In this document: positions 1-9,700 of the stretch, in pieces
How the letters are laid out: every line of letters begins with the position of its first letter
Numbering within the stretch: position 1 is the stretch's first letter
Assembly: GCA_025059045.1 (NCBI GenBank)
Contig: JANXEA010000002.1
Location: forward strand, 10,798-74,797
DNA from: Candidatus Bathyarchaeota archaeon
Lineage (GTDB): Archaea; Thermoproteota; Bathyarchaeia; Bathyarchaeales; DTEX01
Length of the DNA: 64,000 bases
Direction: 5' to 3'
Notes under the pieces: model-generated
Seen by the model: the letters and a program-made list of their open reading frames with translations, nothing else
What the model was told of the DNA's origin: nothing
The model's database searches: none
Made by a program: the position numbers and the translations under genes

Positions 1-2
1 GT

Positions 3-1064
3 GATTCCCCGATAGTTTATGGCGAAGACTTGGATGAAGTGGAGAGAATAGAAAGGAAGGCGGCGCTGGCGGGTCTCAAGCTCATAAGACAGAAGATTAG
101 GCACCTGGGAACCGAAAAGTGCGGGGAGATCCTTCAGAGAATACGCCAAGACCTGGACAACCGAGTCGAAGTGAGGATGAGAACAGAGGTTAAGAGCTTA
201 CTAGTCGAAGATAAAAAGGCAAAGGGCGTCGAGACAGCGGATGGAGAAAAGATCTATGGAAGATACGTGGTGGTAGCTCCAGGGAGAAGCGGAGCGGAGT
301 GGCTTAAATGTGAGGCTCAGTCTCTTGGCCTGAAGACATTGAACAATCCTGTCGATGTGGGGGTACGAGTAGAGGTTTTGGCATCCGTCATGGAGGAGCT
401 AACTAATGTCCTCTACGAGCCCAAATTCATCTACTACTCGAGAGCATTCGACGATCAGGTGAGAACATTCTGCGTCAACCCCTACGGAGAAGTTATAACC
501 GAGTCCTATGGCGGGGTAATCAGCGTTAACGGACAGAGCTATGCGGAGAGAAAGACGGAAAACACAAACTTCGCGATACTCGTCAGCACGGCATTCACCT
601 ACCCATTCAGGGAGCCAATTGCGTACGGAGAGTACATTGCCAGGCTTGCTAACCTGCTCAGCGGCTGTGTAATAATCCAGAGACTTGGAGATTTAGAAGC
701 CGGTAGAAGATCGACGGAGGATAGAATCGGGCGGAGCGTCGTTAAACCAACATTAAAGACCGCTACACCTGGAGACCTGAGCTTCGTTCTTCCATACCGT
801 TACCTGGCAGACATAAAAGAGATGCTCCAGGCATTAGACAATGTTGCGCCAGGCATCTACAGCAAACACACGCTCTTATACGGCGTGGAAGTCAAATTCT
901 ACTCCTCTAGACTCGAGCTTAGCGGAAGCTTAGAGACACGCATCCGAAACCTATTCACGATAGGAGATGGCGCTGGTGTAACTAGAAGCCTGATCCAGGC
1001 AAGCGCAAGCGGGGTGATCGTTGCGAGGGAAATAATGAGAAGGGAAGGAAAATTCAACGCATAA
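3..1064 (+). CDS. FAD-dependent oxidoreductase (COG2509-like), 5' end outside the window
   Basis: Frame 3 is open from base 3, with no stop before the TTG at 30, so the gene begins upstream. It carries a VVVAPGRSGAEWL block and the C-terminal flavoprotein signature FTIGDGAGVTRSLIQASASGVIVAREI. Confidence 0.6.
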   Translation, partial: DSPIVYGEDLDEVERIERKAALAGLKLIRQKIRHLGTEKCGEILQRIRQDLDNRVEVRMRTEVKSLLVEDKKAKGVETADGEKIYGRYVVVAPGRSGAEWLKCEAQSLGLKTLNNPVDVGVRVEVLASVMEELTNVLYEPKFIYYSRAFDDQVRTFCVNPYGEVITESYGGVISVNGQSYAERKTENTNFAILVSTAFTYPFREPIAYGEYIARLANLLSGCVIIQRLGDLEAGRRSTEDRIGRSVVKPTLKTATPGDLSFVLPYRYLADIKEMLQALDNVAPGIYSKHTLLYGVEVKFYSSRLELSGSLETRIRNLFTIGDGAGVTRSLIQASASGVIVAREIMRREGKFNA

Positions 1065-1092
1065 TGAAGGGTGAATAGAGATAACATTCCTA

Positions 1093-2292
1093 GTGGGGAT
1101 TGTGGGTAAACCAAACGTCGGAAAATCAACCTTCTTCAGCGCAGCAACACTAGCTACTGTTGAGATTGCCAACTACCCATTCACAACAATAAAACCGAAT
1201 AGGGGTATAGGCTATCTAAGGACGCAATGCGTGTGCAAAGAGTTAAATGTGGTTGACAATCCCGTTAACTCAATCTGCCTTGAAGGAATAAGGCTCATAC
1301 CAGTCGAACTAATAGACTGCGCAGGCCTCGTGCCAGGTGCATGGCAGGGCAGAGGCTTAGGAAACCAGTTCCTAGACGAGATCAGAAAGGCCGATGCATT
1401 AATCCACATAGTAGATGCTGCCGGCTCAACAGACTTAGAAGGCAAAATGGTCAGTCCAGGAGCACATGACCCTATCGAGGACGTGAAATTCCTGGAAAAA
1501 GAGCTGACAATGTGGCTTGCACAGATTTTGAATAAAGACTGGCCTAAGATTTCAAGAACGGTGGAATCAGGATCAGTTGATCTATTCTCCATACTTGAAG
1601 AGAGGCTAAGCGGACTCTCAATTAGAAGAAAGCACATCATCGAAGCGGTTAAAGAGACGGATCTAAACCCGGATAAGCCAGCCAAATGGTCTGAGGAGGA
1701 GTTTCTAAAATTCGTTAATTCGTTACGCAGGATTTCAAAGCCTATGCTCATAGCTGCAAACAAGATCGACATGCCGTCAGCCGAAGAAAATATTATAAGA
1801 CTGAAGGATCTGGGGTATATGGTTATACCGTGCAGTGCCGAGGCGGAACTTGTCCTTCGGAGAGCGGCTGAGAAGGGATTAGTAAAATATAGGCCTGGCG
1901 ACATGGACTTCGAGGTTTTAAAGCCGGAAAGCCTGACAGATAAGCAAAAGAAAGCACTGAGCATCATTAAAGAAAAAGTTTTAAGACAATACTCGACAAC
2001 TGGGGTGCAAGAAGCGATAAATGCGGCCTTCTTTAAGCTCCTGAACATGATAGTCGTATACACCGTGGAGGATCCGGAGAAATTGACCGACCATAACGGC
2101 AGAGTTCTACCCGATGCTAGGCTTGTCCCATATGGAACAAAAGCTAGGGAGCTAGCGTACCTAATACATACTGAGCTGGGTGAGAGTTTCATTCACGCTA
2201 TCGATGCAAGAACAAAAATAAGAAGGGGAGAAGATTATATTCTAAGAGACAGGGACATAATATCCATAATAAGCGCGAAGAAGCGCGGATGA
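1093..2292 (+). CDS. Obg/YchF-type P-loop GTPase with C-terminal TGS-like domain
   Basis: GTG start. G1 motif GIVGKPNVGKST, G3 DCAGLV, G4 NKID. A 399-aa protein with a C-terminal beta-grasp-like region (VVYTVED...RLVPYGTKARELAYLIH). Confidence 0.85.
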   Translation: MGIVGKPNVGKSTFFSAATLATVEIANYPFTTIKPNRGIGYLRTQCVCKELNVVDNPVNSICLEGIRLIPVELIDCAGLVPGAWQGRGLGNQFLDEIRKADALIHIVDAAGSTDLEGKMVSPGAHDPIEDVKFLEKELTMWLAQILNKDWPKISRTVESGSVDLFSILEERLSGLSIRRKHIIEAVKETDLNPDKPAKWSEEEFLKFVNSLRRISKPMLIAANKIDMPSAEENIIRLKDLGYMVIPCSAEAELVLRRAAEKGLVKYRPGDMDFEVLKPESLTDKQKKALSIIKEKVLRQYSTTGVQEAINAAFFKLLNMIVVYTVEDPEKLTDHNGRVLPDARLVPYGTKARELAYLIHTELGESFIHAIDARTKIRRGEDYILRDRDIISIISAKKRG

Positions 2293-2409
2293 GCAGGCAC
2301 CCATCAACCCCCTATATTTCCCCCAGATTAAATCGTAGCTATGCGAGAAGGATGCGAAAGTTTTTTTAATTAATTACGAAATCCATTAAGGAAATGGAAA
2401 AAGTTTCAG

Positions 2410-4701
2410 GTGGCGAATAGATTGGAAGGGGGCTCAGAAAAAATCGAACACCCAAGAAGTGGGCTTACACCTAAGGTTCTAGTGATAGGCATAATACTAT
2501 CGATCTTTGCAGCGTTTTTCAACCAGTCCGAGTATGTAGACTTCTACGAGACCGTTGGGGCGTTGACCCATCTTGATAGCGCCTTCATGCTTTTCCCGGG
2601 AGCGCTACATACGACGGTACTTGGCGGAATCTTTCTAAGCCTAATCACTATTGGTCTTATCCTGCTTATCGACAGGCGGGGGAGATTCTCTAAGCAAGAG
2701 CTAGCAATGATATTCATAATAGGTGTGCTAATCACCTCCATTAACCTTTCAAAAGATGGGTTCATGTCAGGCGAGGATATCCATGAATATATGGCGCCGA
2801 TATGCTGGTATTTCGAAAGCGAGGCGCGCCAAAAGGAATTTTTAGCTCTCTATGCTGGCACTGTCTGGTGTCCAGGACAATTCTCGAATGCAAGCTATGT
2901 GCGAAGCGTACTTAAGGGAAATTTGCTGCAGGGGACGATGATGCCCATAGATTGGGGAGCATGGATGCCTCTTATCGCATACAGAGTGTTATCGCTTACG
3001 GGAATGGCATACCTTGGTGTGGCTATAGCCCTCCTGGTTAGAAGATCATTCATCGAGATCGAGGTGCTTTCCTTCCCATGGGGTGAGATAAATCTCGTCG
3101 CTTTTGAAGAAACCTTAGCTTTCATTAAGGGAGAAGATGCAGCCGGAAGGAAGATTCGAAGACCTCTCATCCTAAGCTTCCTAATCTTCTTCTTCCTCTT
3201 CTTCTCCATGTATGCGCCAAACAACATTCTCTGGCTAGCAGGCGTTAAAGGAGTATCATTCAAAACATGGATGCCATGGTGGACTTATCCGGAAAAGAAC
3301 CCGACTGTTGGAGCGCTCCAATGGTGGACTTCAGACAACATCTTTGAGGTGGACCCCACATTGCTAGGACTATCTTTCCTTCCATGGGTGGCCCTGCTGA
3401 TTCATCTGTGGCCAGTTAACCATGCAGCCTTCTTCATTATGCCTATTGAGGTTCTAATTGGATGCTTTGTAGGTGACATCTTCTTCGAGTGGATATATCC
3501 GATGATACTCTACTCCATAGGACGCCTTCCTACATGGAAAGCCACGGACGCTGTCTATGGGGTAGCTAGAAGCGTTGCTAGCGCTTGGTATGGTGCAGGA
3601 GTATATCTTGGATTAGGTCTATTCATACCATTCGTTATAATTCCACTTTGGAAAAACAGATCGGTCTTCAGTCCAATATTCAAGGCGGCGGCAGGAAGGA
3701 AAGTGAAGAAGGAAATAGATCCCAACGCGCCCACATCATACACTAGTGTATGGATACTTGTCTTGGCCTCCATAATAATGATACTTGCTGGCTTCACGAT
3801 TGTCGGATGGCAGATTACATGGGGTCTACCCATAATACTCTTGTCCTTCGCAGTCGGGATAGGTCAGCTAAGACTAATAGCAGTTGGAGCCGCCTTCATC
3901 TTTGCAACGTACGGATTTGCAAACTTTGACCCCGGACAGTTCCCTGGATCTATGAATGCCTTCCAACGGCACATTACAGCAGCGATATTCGGGCTAGCGG
4001 ATCCTTACAGGGTCATGGATCCGGCAATGTGCACCTTTAGCGCATTCTGGGGTGGAATGACGGGATATGGCGGAACATTCGGCTTCAGAATATGGTGGCT
4101 GATAATGGGAGCCGCCTCGGTGCTCGCAGCCTTCTATATTGCGAATAGAGTGAAACTTGAGGGCAAAGATGTTCTTAAGGCCGCGCTGATATTTATACCG
4201 GTCTCATTGATACTCTTCGATGTCTGGCACATAGCCTCAATATACCTCAACGATGTTCTTTCAGGGCGCTTCTTCAGCATAAGCCTAATCCAGAAAATGG
4301 TGAGAAGGGCTCTCGTAAGGTCTGTTGGCTCTATAGGAATCACGTTGCCAAGCGGAGAAGCAGTCATGGAGATATACACGGTCAGAACAGCATTCGTGGT
4401 CTTAGGAATAGCAATAACCACAACCCTATATATTCTCAGAGATAAATTCGAATGGTTCAGGATCTCGCCTGAAGGCTTCTGGTTCGGTGTCGTTATGGGA
4501 CCGACATGGACTCTATCATTGGCGATGCTGATAATCAAGTATCTGAGTACCAGAGTTGGAGGTGCGACATTCTATGAAAAGATCGCTAAACCGATAGCCA
4601 TAGGCATAATAATAGCCTTCGGTGCTAACATCTTCATACAGCACTGGTTCCAGCTGGCATACAAGTGGCAGACGGCTTTCGGAATAAATTACGCCCCTTG
4701 A
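2410..4701 (+). CDS. Polytopic membrane protein, module A gene 1 (function unknown; one of four paralogs in this window)
   Basis: A 763-aa ORF that is hydrophobic throughout. It shares the motifs GRFSKQELAMIF and IEIEVLSFPWGE with ORFs 4790, 26100 and 28309. A T7 tract follows the stop. Confidence 0.8.
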   Translation: MANRLEGGSEKIEHPRSGLTPKVLVIGIILSIFAAFFNQSEYVDFYETVGALTHLDSAFMLFPGALHTTVLGGIFLSLITIGLILLIDRRGRFSKQELAMIFIIGVLITSINLSKDGFMSGEDIHEYMAPICWYFESEARQKEFLALYAGTVWCPGQFSNASYVRSVLKGNLLQGTMMPIDWGAWMPLIAYRVLSLTGMAYLGVAIALLVRRSFIEIEVLSFPWGEINLVAFEETLAFIKGEDAAGRKIRRPLILSFLIFFFLFFSMYAPNNILWLAGVKGVSFKTWMPWWTYPEKNPTVGALQWWTSDNIFEVDPTLLGLSFLPWVALLIHLWPVNHAAFFIMPIEVLIGCFVGDIFFEWIYPMILYSIGRLPTWKATDAVYGVARSVASAWYGAGVYLGLGLFIPFVIIPLWKNRSVFSPIFKAAAGRKVKKEIDPNAPTSYTSVWILVLASIIMILAGFTIVGWQITWGLPIILLSFAVGIGQLRLIAVGAAFIFATYGFANFDPGQFPGSMNAFQRHITAAIFGLADPYRVMDPAMCTFSAFWGGMTGYGGTFGFRIWWLIMGAASVLAAFYIANRVKLEGKDVLKAALIFIPVSLILFDVWHIASIYLNDVLSGRFFSISLIQKMVRRALVRSVGSIGITLPSGEAVMEIYTVRTAFVVLGIAITTTLYILRDKFEWFRISPEGFWFGVVMGPTWTLSLAMLIIKYLSTRVGGATFYEKIAKPIAIGIIIAFGANIFIQHWFQLAYKWQTAFGINYAP

Positions 4702-4727
4702 TAAGCCCTTAGACAACTACCCCCATA

Positions 4728-4734
4728 TTTTTTT
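4728..4734 (+). terminator. Oligo-T tract (archaeal-type termination signal) after module A gene 1
   Basis: TTTTTTT lies 27 nt after the stop codon at 4701. Confidence 0.35.
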
Positions 4735-4789
4735 AAACTGCAAAAACCTTAAAAAAAATTTATAATCATAATCCAAAAAGAGTCAAAGG

Positions 4790-6733
4790 ATGCCGCATAT
4801 GTACGAAGAGAACGAGTACAGGTCAGGACTGACAAAGTATTCTGTCCTAGCAATTCTGTATGCAATTGTAGTTTTCATACCTTCAGGTATGTACCTAGAC
4901 CTAATGCTGGGTACTGGAGGAGCGGCGAGTAGTCTATTCACACTCATCCTATTTGTCGAGCTTGGAAGGCTTTCAAAAATCGACATCTCAAAGCAGGAAG
5001 CCGCAATAATACTCATGTTTGCTGGAGGGATAGGGTTTAATGCGATGAACCTAGTTTACAGATCATGGTTTGTTAAGAGCGACTTTGCAAAAGCATTCGG
5101 TTTCGAGAAAGAGATACCGTGGTGGTATGCGCCTACATCGGACAGTCTTGCGTATGAATCGCGAAACATCTTTCATAGGGACATGATTGCGCCTTTACTG
5201 ATTTTAATATCGTTGACCTTAATCGGTCTTTTAGTGAGCTGGGGATGGAGTATGCTTGGAAAGGAAATATTCATTGAGAATGAGAACCTTCCCTTCCCAT
5301 TAGCCAAAATGAACGCTGATCTTATCCTCGTAATGACCAGCGAAAGAAGAGAATATCGAGTCAAAATCCTGAGTCTATGCGCCCTGATTGGTCTCTCATA
5401 TGGGATGATGGTTTATGTATGGCCTTTCTTTGTGCAGGTTACCACCGGGATCCCATATGAGAGAGCCTCCCCGCTTCCTTTACCCTGGATCGACCTAACA
5501 CGATATACAGAGATTATGCTGCCAGGGGCAGTAATCGGTATCTCCACAGACATTAGTTCATATCTGCTTGGTTTCATAGTTCCATTCGGGCATATAGTGC
5601 AGATATTTATAGCATCAGTTGCAATATTTATTATTGGAAATTACTTATCTATCAGACTCTCTCCCCCTTTTGGAATAAGGGACTGGTGGTTTCCAGGTTT
5701 CTCCGCTCAGACACTGGCTCAGCGCTCAATCCTCTACATGTGGGCTAGTCTCCAAATTGGTTTCTCACTTGCAGCTGGTCTACTTCCCCTAATTTCACAG
5801 CCAAAAATGCTTAGGAGGACATTCAGTCAACTCTTCACGCTTCGGGCTAGGAGCCAAGACAGGCGAACAGAGCCTATTCCAGGCGGCCTGCTCCTAGGAG
5901 CACTCATTCCAATAACGATAGGCTTCATAGTCCAGTTATGCTGTCTCCTTTATTTTGTTCCAGAATGGGTTGGGCAGAACCCATGGGTTCTAGCAGCGTT
6001 CCCATCACTTCTATTCCTAAACATGCTCACACGTTCTCGTGCCCAGGGTGAAACTGGACTTTCACCCAGTCTAGGTCAAATAGAAAACTTTATATATTAT
6101 GCGACTAATGCTCCCGTGAAGGTTTGGTTCTCGCCGAATCCCGGCTTCTCATATTCTGAGGGGCTCAGTGGAACACCATTCAGCACATGGAGTGGAAATG
6201 TCCATGCGATAAAGATAGCTGAGTTAACCAAGACGAAATCATCCTCTCTTCTGAAGACAACACTTATATTCGCGCCGGTAGCCATAATCCTCTCATTGCT
6301 CTTCACCCAAGCCTTCCTTAGCATAGCTCCCATACCCTCAGGAAGATATCCTGGAACAGTCATATACTGGCCGATATCGGCTACCTATACCTCCATTTGG
6401 GTTGGGGGAAGAGCAGCAGGCCTCTTCAACATTAGCCATGTCGGATTGGCGGTGTTGATAGTTGTGGTTCTTCACTTAACGTCAGTTTTTCTCAGAATTC
6501 CAATATCGGTGATCGCTCTTGCAGTAGGGGTAGGCACATTGCCTCCGAATGCGATAGCCTACCTAATTAGCGGACTGGCTTCTCTTCTAATACGGCGGAT
6601 ACTCGGCGAAAAGTTCTGGCAAGAGTATAGAAACATCATAGCCGCTGGTGTTACTCTCGGCTTAAGCATAGCGGTCTCCATAGCGGTCTCCCTTATGCTT
6701 GTGGACGCTTCAAAGCTCTCTCTTCCATGGTGA
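4790..6733 (+). CDS. Polytopic membrane protein, module A gene 2 (function unknown; paralog family)
   Basis: A 647-aa hydrophobic ORF with motifs SKIDISKQEAAIILMF and FIENENLPFPLAKMNADLI. These match the equivalent positions of ORF 28309 (SNLSRQEVLILYY, YVERLNYPFPYAVVDASI). It ends 6 nt before the next gene. Confidence 0.8.
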   Translation: MPHMYEENEYRSGLTKYSVLAILYAIVVFIPSGMYLDLMLGTGGAASSLFTLILFVELGRLSKIDISKQEAAIILMFAGGIGFNAMNLVYRSWFVKSDFAKAFGFEKEIPWWYAPTSDSLAYESRNIFHRDMIAPLLILISLTLIGLLVSWGWSMLGKEIFIENENLPFPLAKMNADLILVMTSERREYRVKILSLCALIGLSYGMMVYVWPFFVQVTTGIPYERASPLPLPWIDLTRYTEIMLPGAVIGISTDISSYLLGFIVPFGHIVQIFIASVAIFIIGNYLSIRLSPPFGIRDWWFPGFSAQTLAQRSILYMWASLQIGFSLAAGLLPLISQPKMLRRTFSQLFTLRARSQDRRTEPIPGGLLLGALIPITIGFIVQLCCLLYFVPEWVGQNPWVLAAFPSLLFLNMLTRSRAQGETGLSPSLGQIENFIYYATNAPVKVWFSPNPGFSYSEGLSGTPFSTWSGNVHAIKIAELTKTKSSSLLKTTLIFAPVAIILSLLFTQAFLSIAPIPSGRYPGTVIYWPISATYTSIWVGGRAAGLFNISHVGLAVLIVVVLHLTSVFLRIPISVIALAVGVGTLPPNAIAYLISGLASLLIRRILGEKFWQEYRNIIAAGVTLGLSIAVSIAVSLMLVDASKLSLPW

Positions 6734-6739
6734 AATTGG

Positions 6740-9700
6740 ATGAATATAAGTGGAGGAATAATGTCATCTAAAAGGCAAGTATGCAAATGGATCAAGATTT
6801 TATTAATGGCGAGTATAATGCTCATCAGCTTTTTCAACCTAACCCAGATTTACCGCGCAGATCAAATTTTAACAGTCACCTCAACCCCCTCAGAAATGGA
6901 CTATCTTAAACTCGCAAGTATGGTAGACATGGAACTTGTCAAGCATCATCTTTACATGTTGTCAAAAGGGATCTATGAAATATCTGGTGTGCACAGTCGC
7001 GCCACGGGGACTCTGGGAAACGAGCTTGCCGCAAGATACATTTATGAAGAATTTAATAGACTAATGGAGAATGTTTCCATTCAGAGTTTCAGAGTTCCAG
7101 TACCGAAGAGTTACGGCGCCAATATTACGTTTCCTGACGGCAGCGTCATAAAATTATATCCAGTGCTACCTAACCTAGTTTGCCCCTCAACCACGCCGCC
7201 TGAGGGGATAAGTGGCACACTTCAATACGCCCGTGAAGGGTACCTTAAAGACTTCGACGGAATGAGGATTGAAGGGTCAATAGTTATATTGGATTATGAA
7301 TCTGGAAATCGATGGCTTAATGCCATGAAGCTGGGAGCCAAAGCCGTAATTTTCCTGCCGCCCAAAGATCCATTAAACAGTTTCTCCCCATACGGGCATC
7401 ATCACACCCACCCGAAGTATCTTGAGAATTTCCCAGTCTACTTCCCCCGCTTCTATGTGAAGGAGGAAGACTTGAAGAGTCTTTTCATCAATCTAGGCAA
7501 GAATGTTACAATAAAATCAACTGTTAGATGGGAGAATGCTGAATCTTGGAATATAATTGGCTTCATTCGAGGAGAGAACCCGAATGTCATCTTCGGGATC
7601 TCCTCATATTATGACTCATACTCGTTTGCTCCTGATCTTGCGCCAGGAGCCCAGGACGCATGTGGAATTGCAGCACTACTTGCCCTTGCTAAACACTTCA
7701 ACGAACATCGGCCTAAGGCGACGATAATATTCATCGCATTTGGAGGCCACTATCAGACAGTTGCAGGTGCACTTCAATGGGCAGAGAGTAGGGAGTATGC
7801 GGAAATAAGCCAAAAGATCTGGATGATACTTAACCTAGACCTTTCCACTGGGTCAGATGCCCTTCATGTTACAAATGTGGCTCACCTCTGGACCCACGCT
7901 CAGGCTGGCCACACAGAAGCCTATATCGGGATAGGCAGGCATCTTGAGAATATGCGAAAAGCAATATCGGAAGCATATGTTCGGGCAGGCTTAGAACCGC
8001 CTACAGTTTGGACTACATACATTCAAATGAGGACTGGGGGTCCTGGAGACCCGCCTACCAACTATCATGAACCCCATCCGAATAGGGCGTTCCTGACGGA
8101 ATTAGACGCCTTCGACCCTTGGGGAAGCAGAGCGCCTGACTATTGCAACCCAGCCTTCTTCAATATCATTACGGCGAAGGATATTCGTCCATACATCTTC
8201 ACACCATTCGATACATATGACAAGTTGAATTTCGAAAACCTCGAGAAACAACTGCGATATATATATGCGTTAATTCTAACTTTGTATTCGAATGAGGACG
8301 TGCAGTGGCTTATAGAGAACCCGCTAAGATCATGCGCTCCAAGCGGGCGTGTCCAAAGAAATGGAGCATTTGTAGGGCAAACAGCCTTCTGGGACCCCAA
8401 AACGACATGGTATAAACCAGTTCCTAACCTCCTTGTAGTCGCAAGAATGTACTACAGCGTAAATAAGGCTTCAGGTTGGGACGGATGGGGAGGAACAGGC
8501 CCAACATATTACAGGTTCTTCACATACTCAGACGAGAACGGCACCTTTAGGTTCCCATATACTGTCCGAGTATCAACAAAAGCCTGGGTCGGAACAGATG
8601 ATGAAGTATACTTTGAAGCTTATGCCATAGATCCTGAAACAGGCCAGATAGTTGTGGGTCCAGATCTTGGACGGCGAAGCATGATTCCATATCCCTTCGC
8701 TAATACTGTTTGGGAGGGTAAATATGGAGATTGCTTCCTCGGATACCTCACTGTACAAAACGTTACTAGCACAATAATCGTGTCTGACAATTATGCTATT
8801 GGAGAATTTGTAAGTAGAAATCTCTATGATCGTTTTCCTCACCCATCAATCACGGTGAATACGTTCCTCTCGCATGTCCAACCTGAACACTACGCCGTCC
8901 TTTATGACCCTGCAGTCGGTCTCGCGGCGATTCTTCTCTCAACAAACGAGCCTATAGAGGTGATGATCGGGAGGGGAAGAGTGCCTTATGGTCTCATTGT
9001 TAACGCCAGCCGAGAAAATATGCTTGGGACGGGTATAACTTTTGGATATGGACAAACTATCCTAAAGTACCCATATTTAATTTACTGCGAGAATCTGAGA
9101 TGGGTTATCGAAGAAAGATTTAGGTTGGTGGAGCAGTATAAGCCCGTGGATCCCTACATTTATGGTCGCTTCATAAGGGGTGTACAAAGCCTAGAGAAAG
9201 TGTATATCGCATTAAATAATCTATCATACTCGGAAGCCTACGCCTATATGATAGATGCGTGGAGCGACTTATATTGGGCATATGCCAATCAGAGAGGCGA
9301 AATTGAGAACATCGTTTCCATCGCGCCTTATGTCGCCTTCTTTTTGGTGCCCTTCGCCTATTTGACTGAAAGGCTCATACTAAAATCAAGTGGTAGTAAA
9401 CGCATAGCATCGACAATATTAATACTAGTACTCATCTTCTGTATAATTTATACTGTAAACCCGACGTTCAAACTTTCAGGAAACCCGGTTCTAATGGTCA
9501 TAGCTTTTAGTACAGTTATCCTGTCAATCCCGATTCTTTTCATAATACTTAGTAAGGTTGTAGCATTTTTGAATGAGATAAGAATTAAGGTTTTTGGTCG
9601 CCACGAGATCCAGGTAGGCCGAGTAGAACTTGCAATTGCAGCTATTCAGCTGGGAATAGAGAATATGCGAAAGAGGAAGGGGAGGACCGCGCTTGTTCTA

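Noticed and set aside
1212-2192. A 326-aa ORF on the minus strand, fully inside the GTPase gene.
   Set aside because: It is Ser/Leu-rich low-complexity text with no motifs. It is the antisense shadow of a gene with unambiguous G1, G3 and G4 motifs.
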